Notes: generated by a model from the sequence alone, not told the origin. DNA of 63,689 bases, filler included, from Octopus bimaculoides (GCF_001194135.2; 5 parts of 5 records of this genome joined end to end with filler, not necessarily neighbours in it), one strand, 5' to 3'. Positions 13,376 to 26,930 are shown, numbered from the whole stretch's first letter. A program made the numbers and translations.

Positions 13376-13704
13376 TATACTTGCACTTATATAAAGGTTA
13401 TTAAACATTTTCTTTTTTGCATTGTAAGAAGCTTTCTTTCTTCATTATTTTTTATTGTGTTACATTGATATACACATGTACATGTGTATATGTGTGTGCA
13501 TATATATGAAAGGATAGTTGCATAGTTGTATATGTGTGTGCATATATATGAATGGATAATTGCATAACCACCTCTTCCATGATGGCAAGGTTATGTATAG
13601 AGGTAAAAAACATATAGACAAGACCTCTTGGGGTCGTTGGGGCATTGCAGCCATGCAGCGTATCTTGGGCAAGAAAGCCTGGTGGAGCCCAACCCTCTTC
13701 AGGC

Positions 13705-13990
13705 AAAACTCATTTCTACAGCTGAGTGAACTGGATCAATGTGAAATGAAGTGTTTTGCTCAAGAACACAATGGATTGCCTGGTCCAAGGATAAAATCAC
13801 AACCTTATGATTGTGAATCAAATACCCTAACCACTAAGTGATATGCATCCACTAGTGGTACTCATTTCTACAACTGAGTGGACTGGAGCAACATGAAGTG
13901 TGTTGCTCAAGAACACAATGCATTGTCTAGTTCAAGAACTGAAACCACAATCTTACGATTGTGAGTCCAACACCCTAACCACTAAGCCAT
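13705..13990 (-). mobile_element. Two tandem tRNA-SINE head fragments
   Basis: actcatttctaca..gctcaagaacacaatg..ccctaaccactaag occurs twice (~13708-13838 and ~13860-13988). Confidence 0.65.
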
Positions 13991-14437
13991 ACACAGACAA
14001 ATTGCAATTCAAGAAAAATTGGTAAAGCCATTGGGGTATTGAATAGAATGTCTTGTAGTATTATTTGTCCTGTTTCACTGGGTTCTGAGTTAAGATCTCA
14101 CTGAGGTCAACTTTGCCTTTCTTTCCTCTGGAATTGACAAAATACCAATCAACAGTAAAGTAAATTCATCTCAGTCTGTCTGTCTTTGAATTGACTATAT
14201 TGAACTATGGGAAGGGTTATAGGGGAGCAGAACATCCTATTCTTGTGAAAAGGAGAAAGGGATGCTCTGTAGCCCCCATAGGCATGGAGGAACTAGCAAC
14301 CATTTCTTGTAAAAATTCTGATGTGCTATAGTAATTGCTCAAGTACAGATCAGTGTACGTAATACATCATGGGATGGAAATAAAGAAACTGCAGCAGTTT
14401 GGGGGAAGAAAGGTTGTGTGTGTGTGTGTGTGTGTGT

Positions 14438-14493
<56 letters not shown>

Positions 14494-16199
14494 GAGGGAG
14501 GAGAGAGAGAAAGAGAGAAATTGATTTGAAATCTAAATGTACAGATTTCATGTGGCATCAAATTGATGTAACTGTAATTATCAGCAGGTGTGAAGTAAAC
14601 CTCTGACATTTAATTTACAAAAAATGGGTTGTGAGGTTTACTCATAGTTGCTGTTGCTGTCATCATGACTGATGCCTCTTCTGTTGTCATCTCCATCTTT
14701 TTGTTGCTGCTATTGCTGTTGTTGTTGTTGTTGAATCCTTAATTGAGCTGTTCTGTGATTAAAGACACTCTAGTTGTGACCATCTCACCATTTTTATATA
14801 TATATATATCTTAGACTACATTATTTGTCGTGTCCTCTATTTTTATTAAGCTGGTATGATTTGAAGGAGTTTTTAACTGCTATTTCTTAAAAGCTGAGCG
14901 ACCACACAAGCTTCTTCATTGACTCAAGTATTACTCCCTTACATCATCCAGCACAATCTGTTTCAGTGCTTATGGTGTACCCCTGCTATGCGATGGAAAC
15001 ATATGGTTTTAGCTCATAGAAGCATGGTAGAACAAGGTAGTATTTGATGATGATGATGACAATGATGCTGCCACTATGAAAACACTGCTGCTGATAATGA
15101 TGATGATGCCACTGTTACCATTAAAATGATGATGATGATGATGATGATTGTGATGATGATGAGGATGACTGGTGGTGGTGGTGGTGGTGTACTTAAAAGT
15201 ACTCTTCTCTCCTTTTCTTTTAAAGTTAGTAAGGTGTGATTTTAGGGAGATTTGACTAATATTTCTAGCAGACTGAGTGGTCATGTAGAGGTTTCCTTCT
15301 TGGCACATGTTTATGTGCTGTTTGATAATATGTGAACTGCAAATGGTAGTTGTATGTGTAAATGGTAGTTTCAACATTTGTCTTAATATGTCTCTTTCTC
15401 AATTGCTGTGTATCAATTAATTTTGAAAACCATGAAGAATTTAGTAAAATAACCTTGTCATTATTAATTTGGTGCTCAGAAGATAAATTAACGCATAGAA
15501 TTTTGATGGAAGGTTTTAATTTGAATAACTGTTAAAACAAGAAATTTGTATTATAGAACCAAAGGTGGTTTGAGGCAGGATGATATCAAAAAGATAAAAG
15601 CAAGAATAGAGTAAATGAAATTAATAACTGACCGTAACAATTAAACTTGGTGTGGTGAGCCAATGAGGGATGCCTCTATGTGATCTCTCTATAATAAATA
15701 GCAGCTAAATCTTTCTCGGATCATAACCTATTGTTTTCTTTTTTTAAAAGTAGAACACATTGGATAATATAGCCATAGATATACAAAAAGACAGGATGGT
15801 CGAAGCTGGAACACCTTTGATGATAAGTTTTCTCAATCAGCCCTAATCTGGGGTTAAACAACAGCAAATCTGGTTTGTAGTAAATGTACAACCATCTTAA
15901 GGTGTAGATACACACAACATTACACAACATGTGGATTTCACACATTACTTTTTTTTTTCCATTTCTTTTTCTTCCACATAGAATTATTTTTCTCTTCAGA
16001 ATGCCGCAGGTAGTACCAGTCTACATTGTTTACCAGTAGTGCTACTAACATATAATGACCTGACTTAAATCCTTCACATGGGATTTACTATTATTATTTT
16101 TTTCTTCCACACAGAATTATTTTTCTCTTCAGAATGCTGCAGGTAGTACCAGTCTACATTGTTTACCAGTAGCACTACTAACACATAGCGACCTGACTA

Positions 16200-16505
16200 T
16201 GCCTTCTTCAAATTTTTCACTGTGTGCAGTTTTCACTGTGTATAGTTAAAATTTTTCACTGTGTGTAGTTGTGTCTTCTTACACGGTCCATCTGTGTTGT
16301 ATTTTATCTGCCACTGCGTGTAGTCCGACTCCTCGTCGACACTGATATGTTTCACATTATGACAACTTATTTTGTCATGTGTGTGACTGGCCCAAACAGT
16401 GTACCTCACTGACTGACCCTGTCTGTCCACTAATTATCAGTAGTGGAACAGCTCACTTCTCACTAGGGGATGTCTGCCACAACAGAGTCTAGTTGAGAAC
16501 CACTG
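16200..16505. mobile_element. Probable hAT-type non-autonomous element end
   Basis: Terminal gttgagaaccactg (reverse complement CAGTGGTTCTCAAC, a Charlie-like TIR) at 16492-16505. A similar gttgagaacccct lies at ~11567. No partner TIR found. Confidence 0.4.
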
Positions 16506-17911
16506 ATATAAAGAACAGTGAAAGGAAGATGCTCAAACTCCTATAGTAGGAAGTGGGATGGATGAAGATGCTTAAGAAATGAGTATAAGGATTCTTTTTT
16601 ACATAGGTAGGAAGCCTGAGTTTTGTTGTCTGCTTTTATGAACTGGAAAAGTAGAAGTTATGATGTTTATACCTTTAACTATAGCAAGAAGTGAAATAGG
16701 CCTAATTGAAAAATTGAAACAGTGATATCAGAAAGTAGAAATGGTTGAGTAATGATATACAACATATTCATGTAAAGAACCAAAAAATAATGTTATATTT
16801 GCTATTTTCACTATATTCCTCTCTACTCTGTTAGTCTTTTAATGTTCTCCATGAAAAGTTACTTAGTTACTTAATATGTTGTAATATGACTGTCTTATCA
16901 CTGATCTCAAACAAGCCACGAAAAACCTCTGAACATCTGTTGTTTGCTTGCATTGCCAACCTTTGTGCTGCTTCACACTAATTTATAAGCACCCTATGGG
17001 ATCATTGTTACTTCTGTTACTTCTCTTAAAAAAAATAAAGCAAAAAGCAAAAACTAATCTGAACTTTTATGATCTAGTCTGAATTTTTTTAAGGAAACAT
17101 TTAGAACCGACTCTGAAACTAAAAACGAAAGTTGTTGTTGTCATGTGGTGGTTGCAATATGATGGATACAGGAGAAGTCTTTGGAATATATTTAAAACTT
17201 CTATTTGGAGGCTTTATACCAAATATCTGATAAGCATTACACAATAGGTTACTTGTCTCCTGGCTTCTTGTAGGTTGGTAGTGGTTGACTTAACAGTTTT
17301 GATACTAAGATTACTGGTTCATTCCCCATAAGCAGTTGAGTTAGTAATTTCTTATACCTGGAAAAACTCCTTAAATTTCTTTTTCTTTACCCTGTATTTT
17401 CTCCATTCATATTTATTTAAATTATTGAGACCTCACTATACTTATATACTAGCATTCCATCAATTACAACAATGAGTGTTCCAGTTAATTTGATCAATGA
17501 AACAGCTTGCTCATGAAATTAACATACAAGTGACTGAGCTCTCCACAGTGTTTGTGAAGAGTTCAGCTACTCTTAATGTAAGTTCTCTCTTTGCTACTTC
17601 ATTTCATCTTTCTCATTGTCATTACTTTCTCTCACTCTTTCTCAGTTATGACTATTACTCTCACTACTTCTCCTTCACTGTATTAATATTCAATCTCCTC
17701 TCCCTTCACCTCTCACTCAATATATATGTATTTGGATTATTCTTCCATTTGAGAGCGATCAGGTTCATTTTTAGTATTCTCATTTGTGAGAGCAGTCCAG
17801 TTTATTTCAGATATTCTCATTTTAAAAATCATCTCCGGCTAATTGTTGAGAGGACATTGGTGTTGCTTTGGTGGAGGTTTGTGCTCTTTGAGTACTCTTG
17901 TTAATAATTTG

Positions 17912-17949
<38 letters not shown>

Positions 17950-18462
17950 GAGAATATACAAAAAATAACAACAGACGAGGACAGGTGGTGTAAATAACAA
18001 AAGTATATATTAGTATGACGCTCGGGAAATATATATTAATAGTTCAACCCACCCCTCCTTTCTCTTGACCAAATGAGAGCAGCAGTGTTCTGTACTGCTC
18101 TCATTTGGTCATGGATTCAAAGTTTTATTAATGAAATCATTATATTGTTTTGGTCTTTGATGGCACAGTAAAAGCTTGAGGAATCAATATCATCATGCTA
18201 TCAGTAAGTCCACCTTGCCTGAATCAAATAGAATCATCACCAAAAATATTTAGATTTTGGGGGTGTATTCTAAATGAAGTTATTATTTTTCTTGTTTTTC
18301 TGTTGTCATCATCGTTGTCATCTGTTCTCTTCCTCCTCCTCCCCTTATTCACCTTTCTCCTTCTCGCCTTTCTCCTCCTCTCTGCTGCTGCTACCACCAC
18401 CACCACCATTGGCATTGTTGTTGTTGTTGTTGTTGTTGTTATTATTATTATTATTATTATGA

Positions 18463-20162
18463 AGGTGGTGAGCTGGCAGAATCATTAGCACACTGCTGCT
18501 ATGTTCTGAGTTCAAATTCCACTGAGGTTGACTTTGCCTTTCATCCTTTCAGGGTCAATAAATTAAGTACCAGTGAAACACTGAGGTCAATGTAGTCGAC
18601 TAGTCCCCTCCCACCAAATTTCAGGCCTTGTACCTATAGTAGAAAGGATTATTATTATTATTGTTATTGTTGTTGTGAGCTAGCAGACTTGTTAGTATGT
18701 TAAAACAAAATGCTAAGTACCATATCTTTTGACTGCTTATGTTCTGAGTTCAAATCTCGCTGAAGCTGCTTTTACCTTTCATCCTTTCAGGGTTGATAAA
18801 ATAAAGTACGACTCCAAATGCTGGAGCAGGGGGCAAGGGTTAGGGTAATTGACATACCCGCTCTCCTCAAAACTGCTGGCCTTGTGCCAAAATTAGTATG
18901 AATTACGATTATTATTTCTTCCAAACCTATTTCTGAACATAATCTTTTCATGTAAAGCATAAAAGCCCTGATCAAGTGAATAGCTTCTTTGAATAGCAAA
19001 ATTACCTATCTAAATCATCAGGTAAACTCCCTTAACCTTATTCTTAAGGATGCCTCCAGTGTCTTTTTCTTTTTCTTTTGGATTCTGCTAATTGTTGTTC
19101 TTGTTGTTGCTGTTGTTTTTCTTCTGCTTTGTTTTGTGTTTGTTCCTGTTAACTTTATAATTTAAGTAACGTCTGCAATATTAGCTAAGAGTGAGAAAGA
19201 GAGTGAGGATAGAGATAGATAGATAGATAGATAGATAGAGAGATAGATAGATTGCTAGATAGATAGATAGATAGAGAGATAGAGAGAGAGAAAGGAATAT
19301 GTAAAGACAAAGCTATTAAGGAAGGAAGTGAAGGATATGCATAACAAATTCTTCCAGGAAGGCAAATATTTACAGCTGTTAAATCTATCTATTTTATATA
19401 CTCATGGCTTTACGGATTTAAGTTTGTGTGTGTGTGTTGTGTTGGGTGGGGTATGTATTTAGGGAAGAGTGACTATATATAAAAGTCAGTTGGTTTTGCT
19501 AATTGGGGGAGATAGAAGTAGTTTTCCATGGAAAACTTCATTTATTCTTTTAATTTATATAATTTTTGCTTTTGCTTTGGTTTTTCATTTTAATTTCTCC
19601 TTATTGTTGTTACTGTGATGAAAAGGGCAGGGGAATTTTTGTTTAAAAACATATCTTACATAAGTTTTGGTAATTATTGGCAAGCTAAATACTTGTTCTT
19701 GTAGCGGATATAAGCAGACCTGCTGATTTGAAAACAAAAACAGCAGTAACAACAACAACAACAATAATGGCTTCAGATTTAGGCACAAGTCCAGTAGTTT
19801 TGTGGGGGAGGGAATTAGTTAATACCACCATCCCCAATCTTTGAATTATACTTTATTTTATCGACCTTGGGGGAATGACAGGCAAAATTGATTCAAACAA
19901 GAAATGAACTCAGAACATAATAATAATAATAGCCCTTTTTACTGCAGGCACAAGGCCTGAAATTTGGGGGAAGGGATTAAGTCAATTACATTGACCCCAG
20001 TGCATAACTGGTACTTATCTAATCGACCCTGAAAAGATGAAGGCAAAATTGACCTTGGCTGAATTTGAACTCAGAATGCAGCTACAGGCGAAATATTGAT
20101 AAATATTTTGCCCAGTGTGCTAATGATTCTACCAGCTCACTGCCTAAATGATGATGATGATG

Positions 20163-20224
<62 letters not shown>

Positions 20225-20672
20225 CCTTTCTACTATTGGCACAAGGCCCAAAATTTTGCAGGGGAGGGGGTAAGTCAATTACAACAACTCCAGTATTCAA
20301 CTGGTACTTATTTTATCAACCCGAAAAGGATGAAGGGCAAAGTCAACCTTGATGGAATTTGAACTTAGAATGTAAAGATGGATAAAATGCCATTAAACAT
20401 TTTGCCTGACATGCTAACAATTCTCCAGCTCACTGCTTGTCATCAGAGCATTGGGTTCAATACCACCCAGTCTGAAAAAACATCTGTAAACCTTAGAAAT
20501 ACCCTAGAATATAGATGTATTGCAAAAGTCGGCATTACTTGGAACTCCATGCATATTGCATAAAATGCTGTCTATCTGAGTTCTTTGTTGTGACTTGACA
20601 AACAAAACAAACCTCCGGTAGACATAATATCTTCAATCAACAACCTCACAATATTGTATACTCTGCGATGTC

Positions 20673-20706
<34 letters not shown>

Positions 20707-20927
20707 GTAATGATAATCCTTTCTACTATAGGCACAAGGCCAGAAAATTTGGGGGTGGGGGAGGAGGTAAGTTGATTACATCAACCCCAGAACTCAGCTG
20801 GTACTTATTTTATCAACTATGAAAGGGTGAAAGGCAAAGTCAACCGTGGCGGCATTTAAACTCAGAATACAAAAAATGTTGTGAAGCATTTTGTCTGGTG
20901 CTCTAACAATTCTGCTAGCTTGCTGCC

Positions 20928-21007
<80 letters not shown>

Positions 21008-21242
21008 TCTGAGTGGATTTGGTATGCAGAAACTGTGTGGAAGCCTATCATATATGTGTTTGTGTCTGTATTTATCCCACCACCATTGCTTGACAAGCAG
21101 TGTTGTTTTGTCTATTATTCTCTGTAACTTAGCGGTTTGGCAAAAGAGAATAGTAGAATAAGTAGAATGACAGACATTAAAAAATGATGATGATGATGAT
21201 TATGAGGTTCTGTGTCCTATCTAAGCCCAGAGGAAATATGTC

Positions 21243-21288
<46 letters not shown>

Positions 21289-21644
21289 TAATAATAATAA
21301 GTTAGTACTGGGGGGCGATTTGTTCAGCTAAACCCTTCAAGGCAGTGCCCCAGTATGGCCTCAGTCCAATCACTGAAACAAGGAAAAGATAAATGACAAT
21401 AGGCCCAAGGTCTGAAATTTGGGGGAGGGGACTAGTCGATCACATTGACCCCAGTGTTTCACTGCTACTTATTTAATTGACCCCAAAAGGATGAAAGGCA
21501 AGGTCAACCCTGGCGGAATTTGAACTCAGAACGTAGCGATGGGTGGAATACCGCTAAGCATTTTGTCTGGCATATTAACAATTCTGCTAGTTCATCATCG
21601 CCATAATAATAATAATAATAGTAGTAGTAGTAGTAGTAGTAGTA

Positions 21645-21720
<76 letters not shown>

Positions 21721-21736
21721 TAATAACAATAATAAC

Positions 21737-21780
<44 letters not shown>

Positions 21781-21920
21781 TGATGATGATGATGGCTGAT
21801 TTAGGCAAATGGCCAACAGTTTTCAGAAGGGATTAGTCGATACCATCAACTCCAGTACTTAATTAGTACTTTATTTTATTAACCTTGAAAGGGCGTAAAG
21901 CAAAGTTGAACTCAGCAGAA
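18463..21920. mobile_element. Cluster of about 8 family-B SINEs separated by (TAA)n/(ATT)n tracts, plus one family-A-like copy
   Basis: Units at ~18463-18665(+), 18680-18910(+), 19760-19930(-), 19935-20145(-), 20222-20440(-), 20716-20930(-), 21405-21600(-) and 21800-21920(-) share cctttctactataggcacaaggcc..gaaaggatgaaaggcaaagt..gaatttgaactcagaa. Confidence 0.85.
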
Positions 21921-22176
21921 ATGATAATATCACTTGTCTTTTGTCTTCTTCTTCTCAAGCTTCAGTTTTCAGCACTTTCTCCATATCTTCCCCAGTCTTC
22001 TTTATATATCTATAGAACACAGGTCTTGTGCTAAATGTATGATAAATGAAATTAACAGTTTGGGAATTATTTATGTTGTCAACATTTTGATCATTGACTT
22101 CAAAATTGTCTTAATGGCCTTAAAAATTTCTCATTAAAACTTTGTTTTTTTTCTTCTTTGACTTTTTTTTTTGTAG

Positions 22177-22358
22177 TGCCAACCTTAGTGAAACATATTT
22201 TACTAACCGTCAAGATCGTTACATTCTTTTCAACAACTGTCCTGAAATGGCTGACTTCTTTTCCTCGCTCATCAAAACTGTTGCCTCGTTTTCATTCCAA
22301 GTCAACTCCGATTGCTCTGTAACATTTCCTGAAGAATTTGGTGTGCACCCTTATGAAG
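22177..22358 (+). CDS. PGS1: Internal coding exon of mitochondrial CDP-diacylglycerol--glycerol-3-phosphate 3-phosphatidyltransferase (phosphatidylglycerophosphate synthase)
   Basis: Translates (G)ANLSETYFTNRQDRYILFNNCPEMADFFSSLIKTVASFSFQVNSDCSVTFPEEFGVHPYE(G). This matches the recalled PGS1 segment SGANLSDSYFTNRQDRYV..DC.EIADFF..L...V...S.Q...D..V.....VHPYKG. A poly-T tract and tag acceptor end at 22176, and a GAAG|gtaggt donor starts at 22359. Length is 1+180+1 nt with no stops. Confidence 0.9.
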
Positions 22359-22376
22359 GTAGGTTTTAATGAAATA

Positions 22377-22717
22377 CTCTTTTACTCTTTTACTCTTTTA
22401 CTCTTTTCAGCCATTTGACTGCGGCCATGCTGGAGCACCGCCTTTAGTCGAGAAAATCAACCCCAGGACTTATTCTTTGTAAGCCTAGTACTTATTCTAT
22501 CGGTCTCTTTTTGCCGAACCGCTAAGTTACGGGGANNNNNNNNNNACACACACACACACACACACATACAACGGGCTTCTTTCAGTTTCCGTCTACCAAA
22601 TCCACTCACAAGGCTTTGGTCGGCCCAAGGTTATAATAGAAGGCACTTGCCCAAGGTGCTACGCAGTGGGACTGAACCCGGAACCATGTGGTTGGTAAGC
22701 AAGCTACTTACCACACA
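22377..22717 (-). mobile_element. SINE family A, starting 18 nt downstream of the PGS1 donor site
   Basis: (tttactc)n tail, cagccatttgactgcggccatgctggagcaccgcc and gcccaaggtgctacgcagtgggactgaacccgg. Confidence 0.85.
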
Positions 22718-23074
22718 AAACATTTTGCATTCTCTTTTTTTTTTTTCTATATGTTTAGGTGTTTTAGGTTGTTTGAATTTTTGTTTCATTTTCATTTTTA
22801 AATATTCCTTTTTTGTGCAGGGATTACTTTTTTCAACTTCTCAGTTTTTTTGCATTTTATAGCTTATATGTATATATAAGTAGAAAAGAACATAAACGCA
22901 AGTAGGTTTAAAGCATATATTTAAATTGAATAAAAAATTTAGAGTATAGAATAAAGAATGGAATAAAGAATACAAATTAAACAAAAAGAGCTATTTAAAA
23001 GTCCTGTCTTGACAGCTGTTTTGAGAGTACCATGGCTTATGTCATAATCATATTTATATATAATAAAAACCCCT

Positions 23075-23445
23075 GGTCCCATGCCTGTGGTTACCTCACT
23101 GGTCCTGTGCCAGTGGCATGCCTCACTGGTCCTGTGCTAGTGGCACATAAAAAGCACCATTTGAGCATAGTCATTGCCAATGCTGCCTGACTGGCAACCA
23201 TGCCGGTGACATGTAAAAAGCACCATTTGAGCGTGGTTGTTGCCAGTGCTGCCTGACTGGCCCCCATGGTTGTGGCATGTAAAAAGCCCCCACTATACTC
23301 TCAGAGTGGTTGGCATTAGGAAGGGCACCCAGCTGTAGAAATCTTGCCAGATCAGATTAGAGCCTAGTGCAGCCTCCTGGCTTGCCAGTCCTCATTCAAA
23401 CCGTCCAACCCATGGCAGCATGGAAAGCAGACGTTAAATGATGAT
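23075..23445 (+). mobile_element. RTE-type LINE 3' UTR with internal tandem units and (GAT)n tail
   Basis: Repeated cactggtcc..gtgcc(a/g)gtggca..taaaaagcacc units, then gagtggttggcattaggaagggc..catggaaagcagacgttaaatgatgatg. Confidence 0.75.
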
Positions 23446-24739
23446 GGTGATAAGGAAGATCTGGAATAACATAAGTTCCTGCGGGTGTGGGTGTATTTTG
23501 TATTCTTTACTCTGTACTCTGTATTTTCTATTCTATGTAAATATATATATATATGCATTAAGCCTACTTATGTTTATCTTTGAAATGAAAATCTGTCGTG
23601 GATTTGATAGGCAGAAAATGAAAGAAGCCTGTTGTATATGTGTGTGTGTGTTTCTTTGTGCGTGTGTGTTACTGTCTAGTTATGTAGAAAAATTACCTTA
23701 CTTGGAAACAAGGAGGATTGACGACAGGAAGGACATCCAGCTGTAGAATATCCACCTCAACAAATTCTGTCTGACCCATGCAAGCAGGAAGAAGTAGATA
23801 TTATTATAATGATGATGATGATGATATATATCATCACCATCTTTTAATGTCTGTGTTCCATACTGGCATGGGTTGGATGGATAGACAGGATCCAGTGTGT
23901 CCAAGAACTGCATTATACTCCAATGTCTTCTAACTTGGTTTCTGTTGCTGGATGCTCTTCCTAATGCCAACCACTTTGAATGTGGACTTGGTGTTCTCTG
24001 ATTTATTGAGGTCACCATGAGCTTACTAAACTACAATCCTAGGGTGGTGGGGTCAGCTTCATGCTATGGGATGAGGGGGTCAAACTATGAGAAGCAAGAG
24101 TGCAGCAGTGCAGCTTTTTGTAGAGAAACTGCATGGCTACTCACATCTAGTTGGGGAAGGAGAGAGAATGAGAAAATGAAAGTAGGAGATGCAAGAGATT
24201 GATAATGGGGAAATGGTTTTCTAGGTGATCCCACAAGGTACAAAGTATATTGAAGAATTGGTTTACAATATTGTAGTGGGATGGAGAATGAGGGGATCTG
24301 GAAGTAGATTGTCAAAATGGATAGGGTTGAAGGGTGAATGAGCAAAGAGGCATGAGTTGGGGAGATAGAAGGGTGCAGAAGAAAGTTGGTGGGTGATTAG
24401 CAAGTGTAGTAAAGATGACACAATGATTGGGGTGGGAGATGACATGGTGGAGTAGTCGGTAGGAGCTGGGGGTGGGGTGGAAGAAAAAGCAGGTCTGATA
24501 TATGGGGGATGGGTGAGTAATTGTAATGTGAGTGGAGAGCATATTATATAGCACTTCCAGAACTCAGTTTTGCTAGTGTGGGTAGGTCTTTTTGAGAACC
24601 TCCTTTTCCCAGAGATCCTGGTCTTTTATCTCATCTGCCAGACAAAGGGTCCTGAGGTCAGCCTTAATCACTTTGTCTCATGTCTTCCTGAGTTTCCCTC
24701 TTTCATAAGTTCCAGGTACATTTAGCATCTGTCACTTCG

Positions 24740-25104
24740 TATGTTGTTGGCACTCCGTCGCTTACGACGACGAGGGTTCCAGTTGATCCAATCAACGGAA
24801 CAGCCTGCTCATGAAATTAATGTGCAAGTGGCTGAGCACTCCACAGACACGTGTACCCTTAACAGTACACAGTGTGACAAGGCTGACCCTTCGAATTACA
24901 GGCACAACAGAAACAGGAAGTAAGAGTGAGAGCAAGTTGTGGTGAAAGAGTACAGCAGGGTTCGCCACCAATCCCTGCCGGAGCCTCGTGGAACTTTAGG
25001 TGTTTTCGCTCAATAAACACTCACAGCGCCCGGTCTGGGAATCGAAACCTCGATCCTATGACTGCGAGTCCGCTACCCTAACCACTGGGCCATTACGCCT
25101 CCAC
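24740..25104 (-). mobile_element. Relatively young tRNA-derived SINE (third family)
   Basis: The reverse complement begins gtggaggcgtaatggcccagtggttagggtagcggactcgcagtcataggatcgaggtttcgattccc (A and B boxes, CpGs retained). A decayed relative lies at ~17475-17590. Confidence 0.8.
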
Positions 25105-25234
25105 TGTCACTTCTTAATACAGCTGCTTTCATCCACACACATCACATGTCCATACCAGTGCTGTCTTCTTTCTTGCATGGGGTTACAACATTGAACATTG
25201 CTTTACAAAAATTAATAATGCATGTGTGTGTATA

Positions 25235-25269
<35 letters not shown>

Positions 25270-25469
25270 ATATATATATANNNNNNNNNNNNNNNNNNNN
25301 NNNNNNNNNNNNNNNNNNNNNNNNTTAATTAATTAANNNNNNNNNNNNNNNNNNNNNNNNNNNNNNNNNNNNNNNNNNNNCACTGCTCCCCACAAACACC
25401 ACCCCAAACCACACTACAAACACACATACCCCCTACCTCCCTCCACACAAAACACATCCTCTTCCAACC

Positions 25470-26930
25470 CTACAAAAACCCTTTTTCCCCACTGATGAAC
25501 TTGCAGCCTTAAATACTTTTGTTTTGAAATCTTCCCATAGATTGTTTGGGTCAGATTGATACTTTCTATAGCATCTTGGAATCTTTGCAAGTTGCTCGAT
25601 AATTTAAAGTTTGCAATATTTAACTTTTTTGGTACCTTAGGACCAGACTGTCAATTTTTAGACATTATCAAAAAATTGATTTTTCCATGCACGAGCTCTC
25701 TGTCCCTCTCATGGCCCGAATACTAGAAACGTCTTTTGTATCGTGTTTTCTGATCAGAATATAATCTATGAGATGCCAGTGCTTGGATCTTGAGTGCAGC
25801 CAGGTGGTTTTATATTTATTTTTCTGCTTAAACAGAGTGTTGGTGACAACCAGATTATTCTCAGTACAAAACGTCAAAAGAGCTACTCCATTTTTATTAC
25901 ATTTTCCAATCCCATGTTGACCTAAAACAGGCCATGAAACAGTCTTTTCCAACGCTTACATTGAAATCTCCCGATATGACCAGCTTGTCAGAAATTGGTA
26001 CTTTCCTCTATAATTGTGCTAGATTATCATAAAACTGTCCCACAGTTTCATCAGAATGGGACATTGTTGGTGCATAAATACTGCCACTAGTAAGAAACCT
26101 ATCTTTTGTCAGTTTAATATGGCATGACATGATCTGTTCAGATATACCACTTAGATGCTCTGCAATAGAGGATACTAATGTATTCTTGAGAGCAAACCCA
26201 ACACCAGATTCTCTATGCTGACCCTTAGGTAGGCCCGTCCAAAAGACAGTATATCCATAAGTAGGTTGATTCTCACCAGAGAGATGAGTTTCAGAGAGTG
26301 CAACTTATATCAAGAGAATATTTGTTAAGCTCACATGCAATAAATGCAGTACACCTTTCTGGCCTCTTATTGAAATTACCATCAAGAAGTGTGCACACAT
26401 TCCAACAGCCAAAATTCAAGGGATGTTTATTTTTACTTTTTCTTGAAGATTGTTTGACCACAGTGGCAGGATGATGACTGTGATATACTGGGACACCTGC
26501 TGAGCCAGACTTCTTCCCAAGCCTTTTTTACCATTTACTGAATCTGTTTGAGACATTTTAGAGTAACTAACAAGTACATTTTTAGTTTTCTGCCAACAGA
26601 ATTCAATGATTTTACTAAGATTTGGTGTACAGGAAGTACCTGTGCAGATGAATAATTTTCAGTGGGTGTAGCTTGCACTGCACTACCCCCACCAATTGGC
26701 TCAAGAAAACTTTCACCAGTGTGACATGAAAATTGACAAAACCAGGAACTTCCAAGGCCTCAGGTTTTATTTTGGAGATTTCTTTTTCCTAGATTACCAA
26801 CCAAGGTTAAAGAGCTTCTACCTGCCCATGAGGTAAGCTATCCCATTCCAGAACTTATCTGCAGCTCTTAGTGGTCCAAATCAGATGTGCTATCTATGAG
26901 AGTGTCTTTTCAGAACATTGTCTGGTTTAA
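25470..26930 (-). mobile_element. RTE/BovB-like LINE 5' part with AP-endonuclease, pseudogenised
   Basis: LNIP..RRPERCTAFIACELNKY, GQHGIGKCNKNGVALLTFCTENNLVVTNTLFKQKNKYKTTWLHSRSKHWHLIDYILIR and LWEDFKTKVFKAA. Confidence 0.85.

Noticed and set aside
18463-21920. Regular repeat-spacer appearance suggesting a CRISPR-like array
   Set aside because: The units are ~200-bp SINEs separated by microsatellites in eukaryotic DNA, with no cas genes and no constant short repeat.
24740-25104. tRNA gene
   Set aside because: The A/B-box head continues into a SINE body and has no acceptor-stem closure.
25325-25336. TTAATTAATTAA islands inside N runs (also 54304-54315, 55477-55488, 61604-61615)
   Set aside because: Each is centred in a 100-nt gap with 44 N on either side and gives stops in all frames. 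This is an assembly spacer, not biology.
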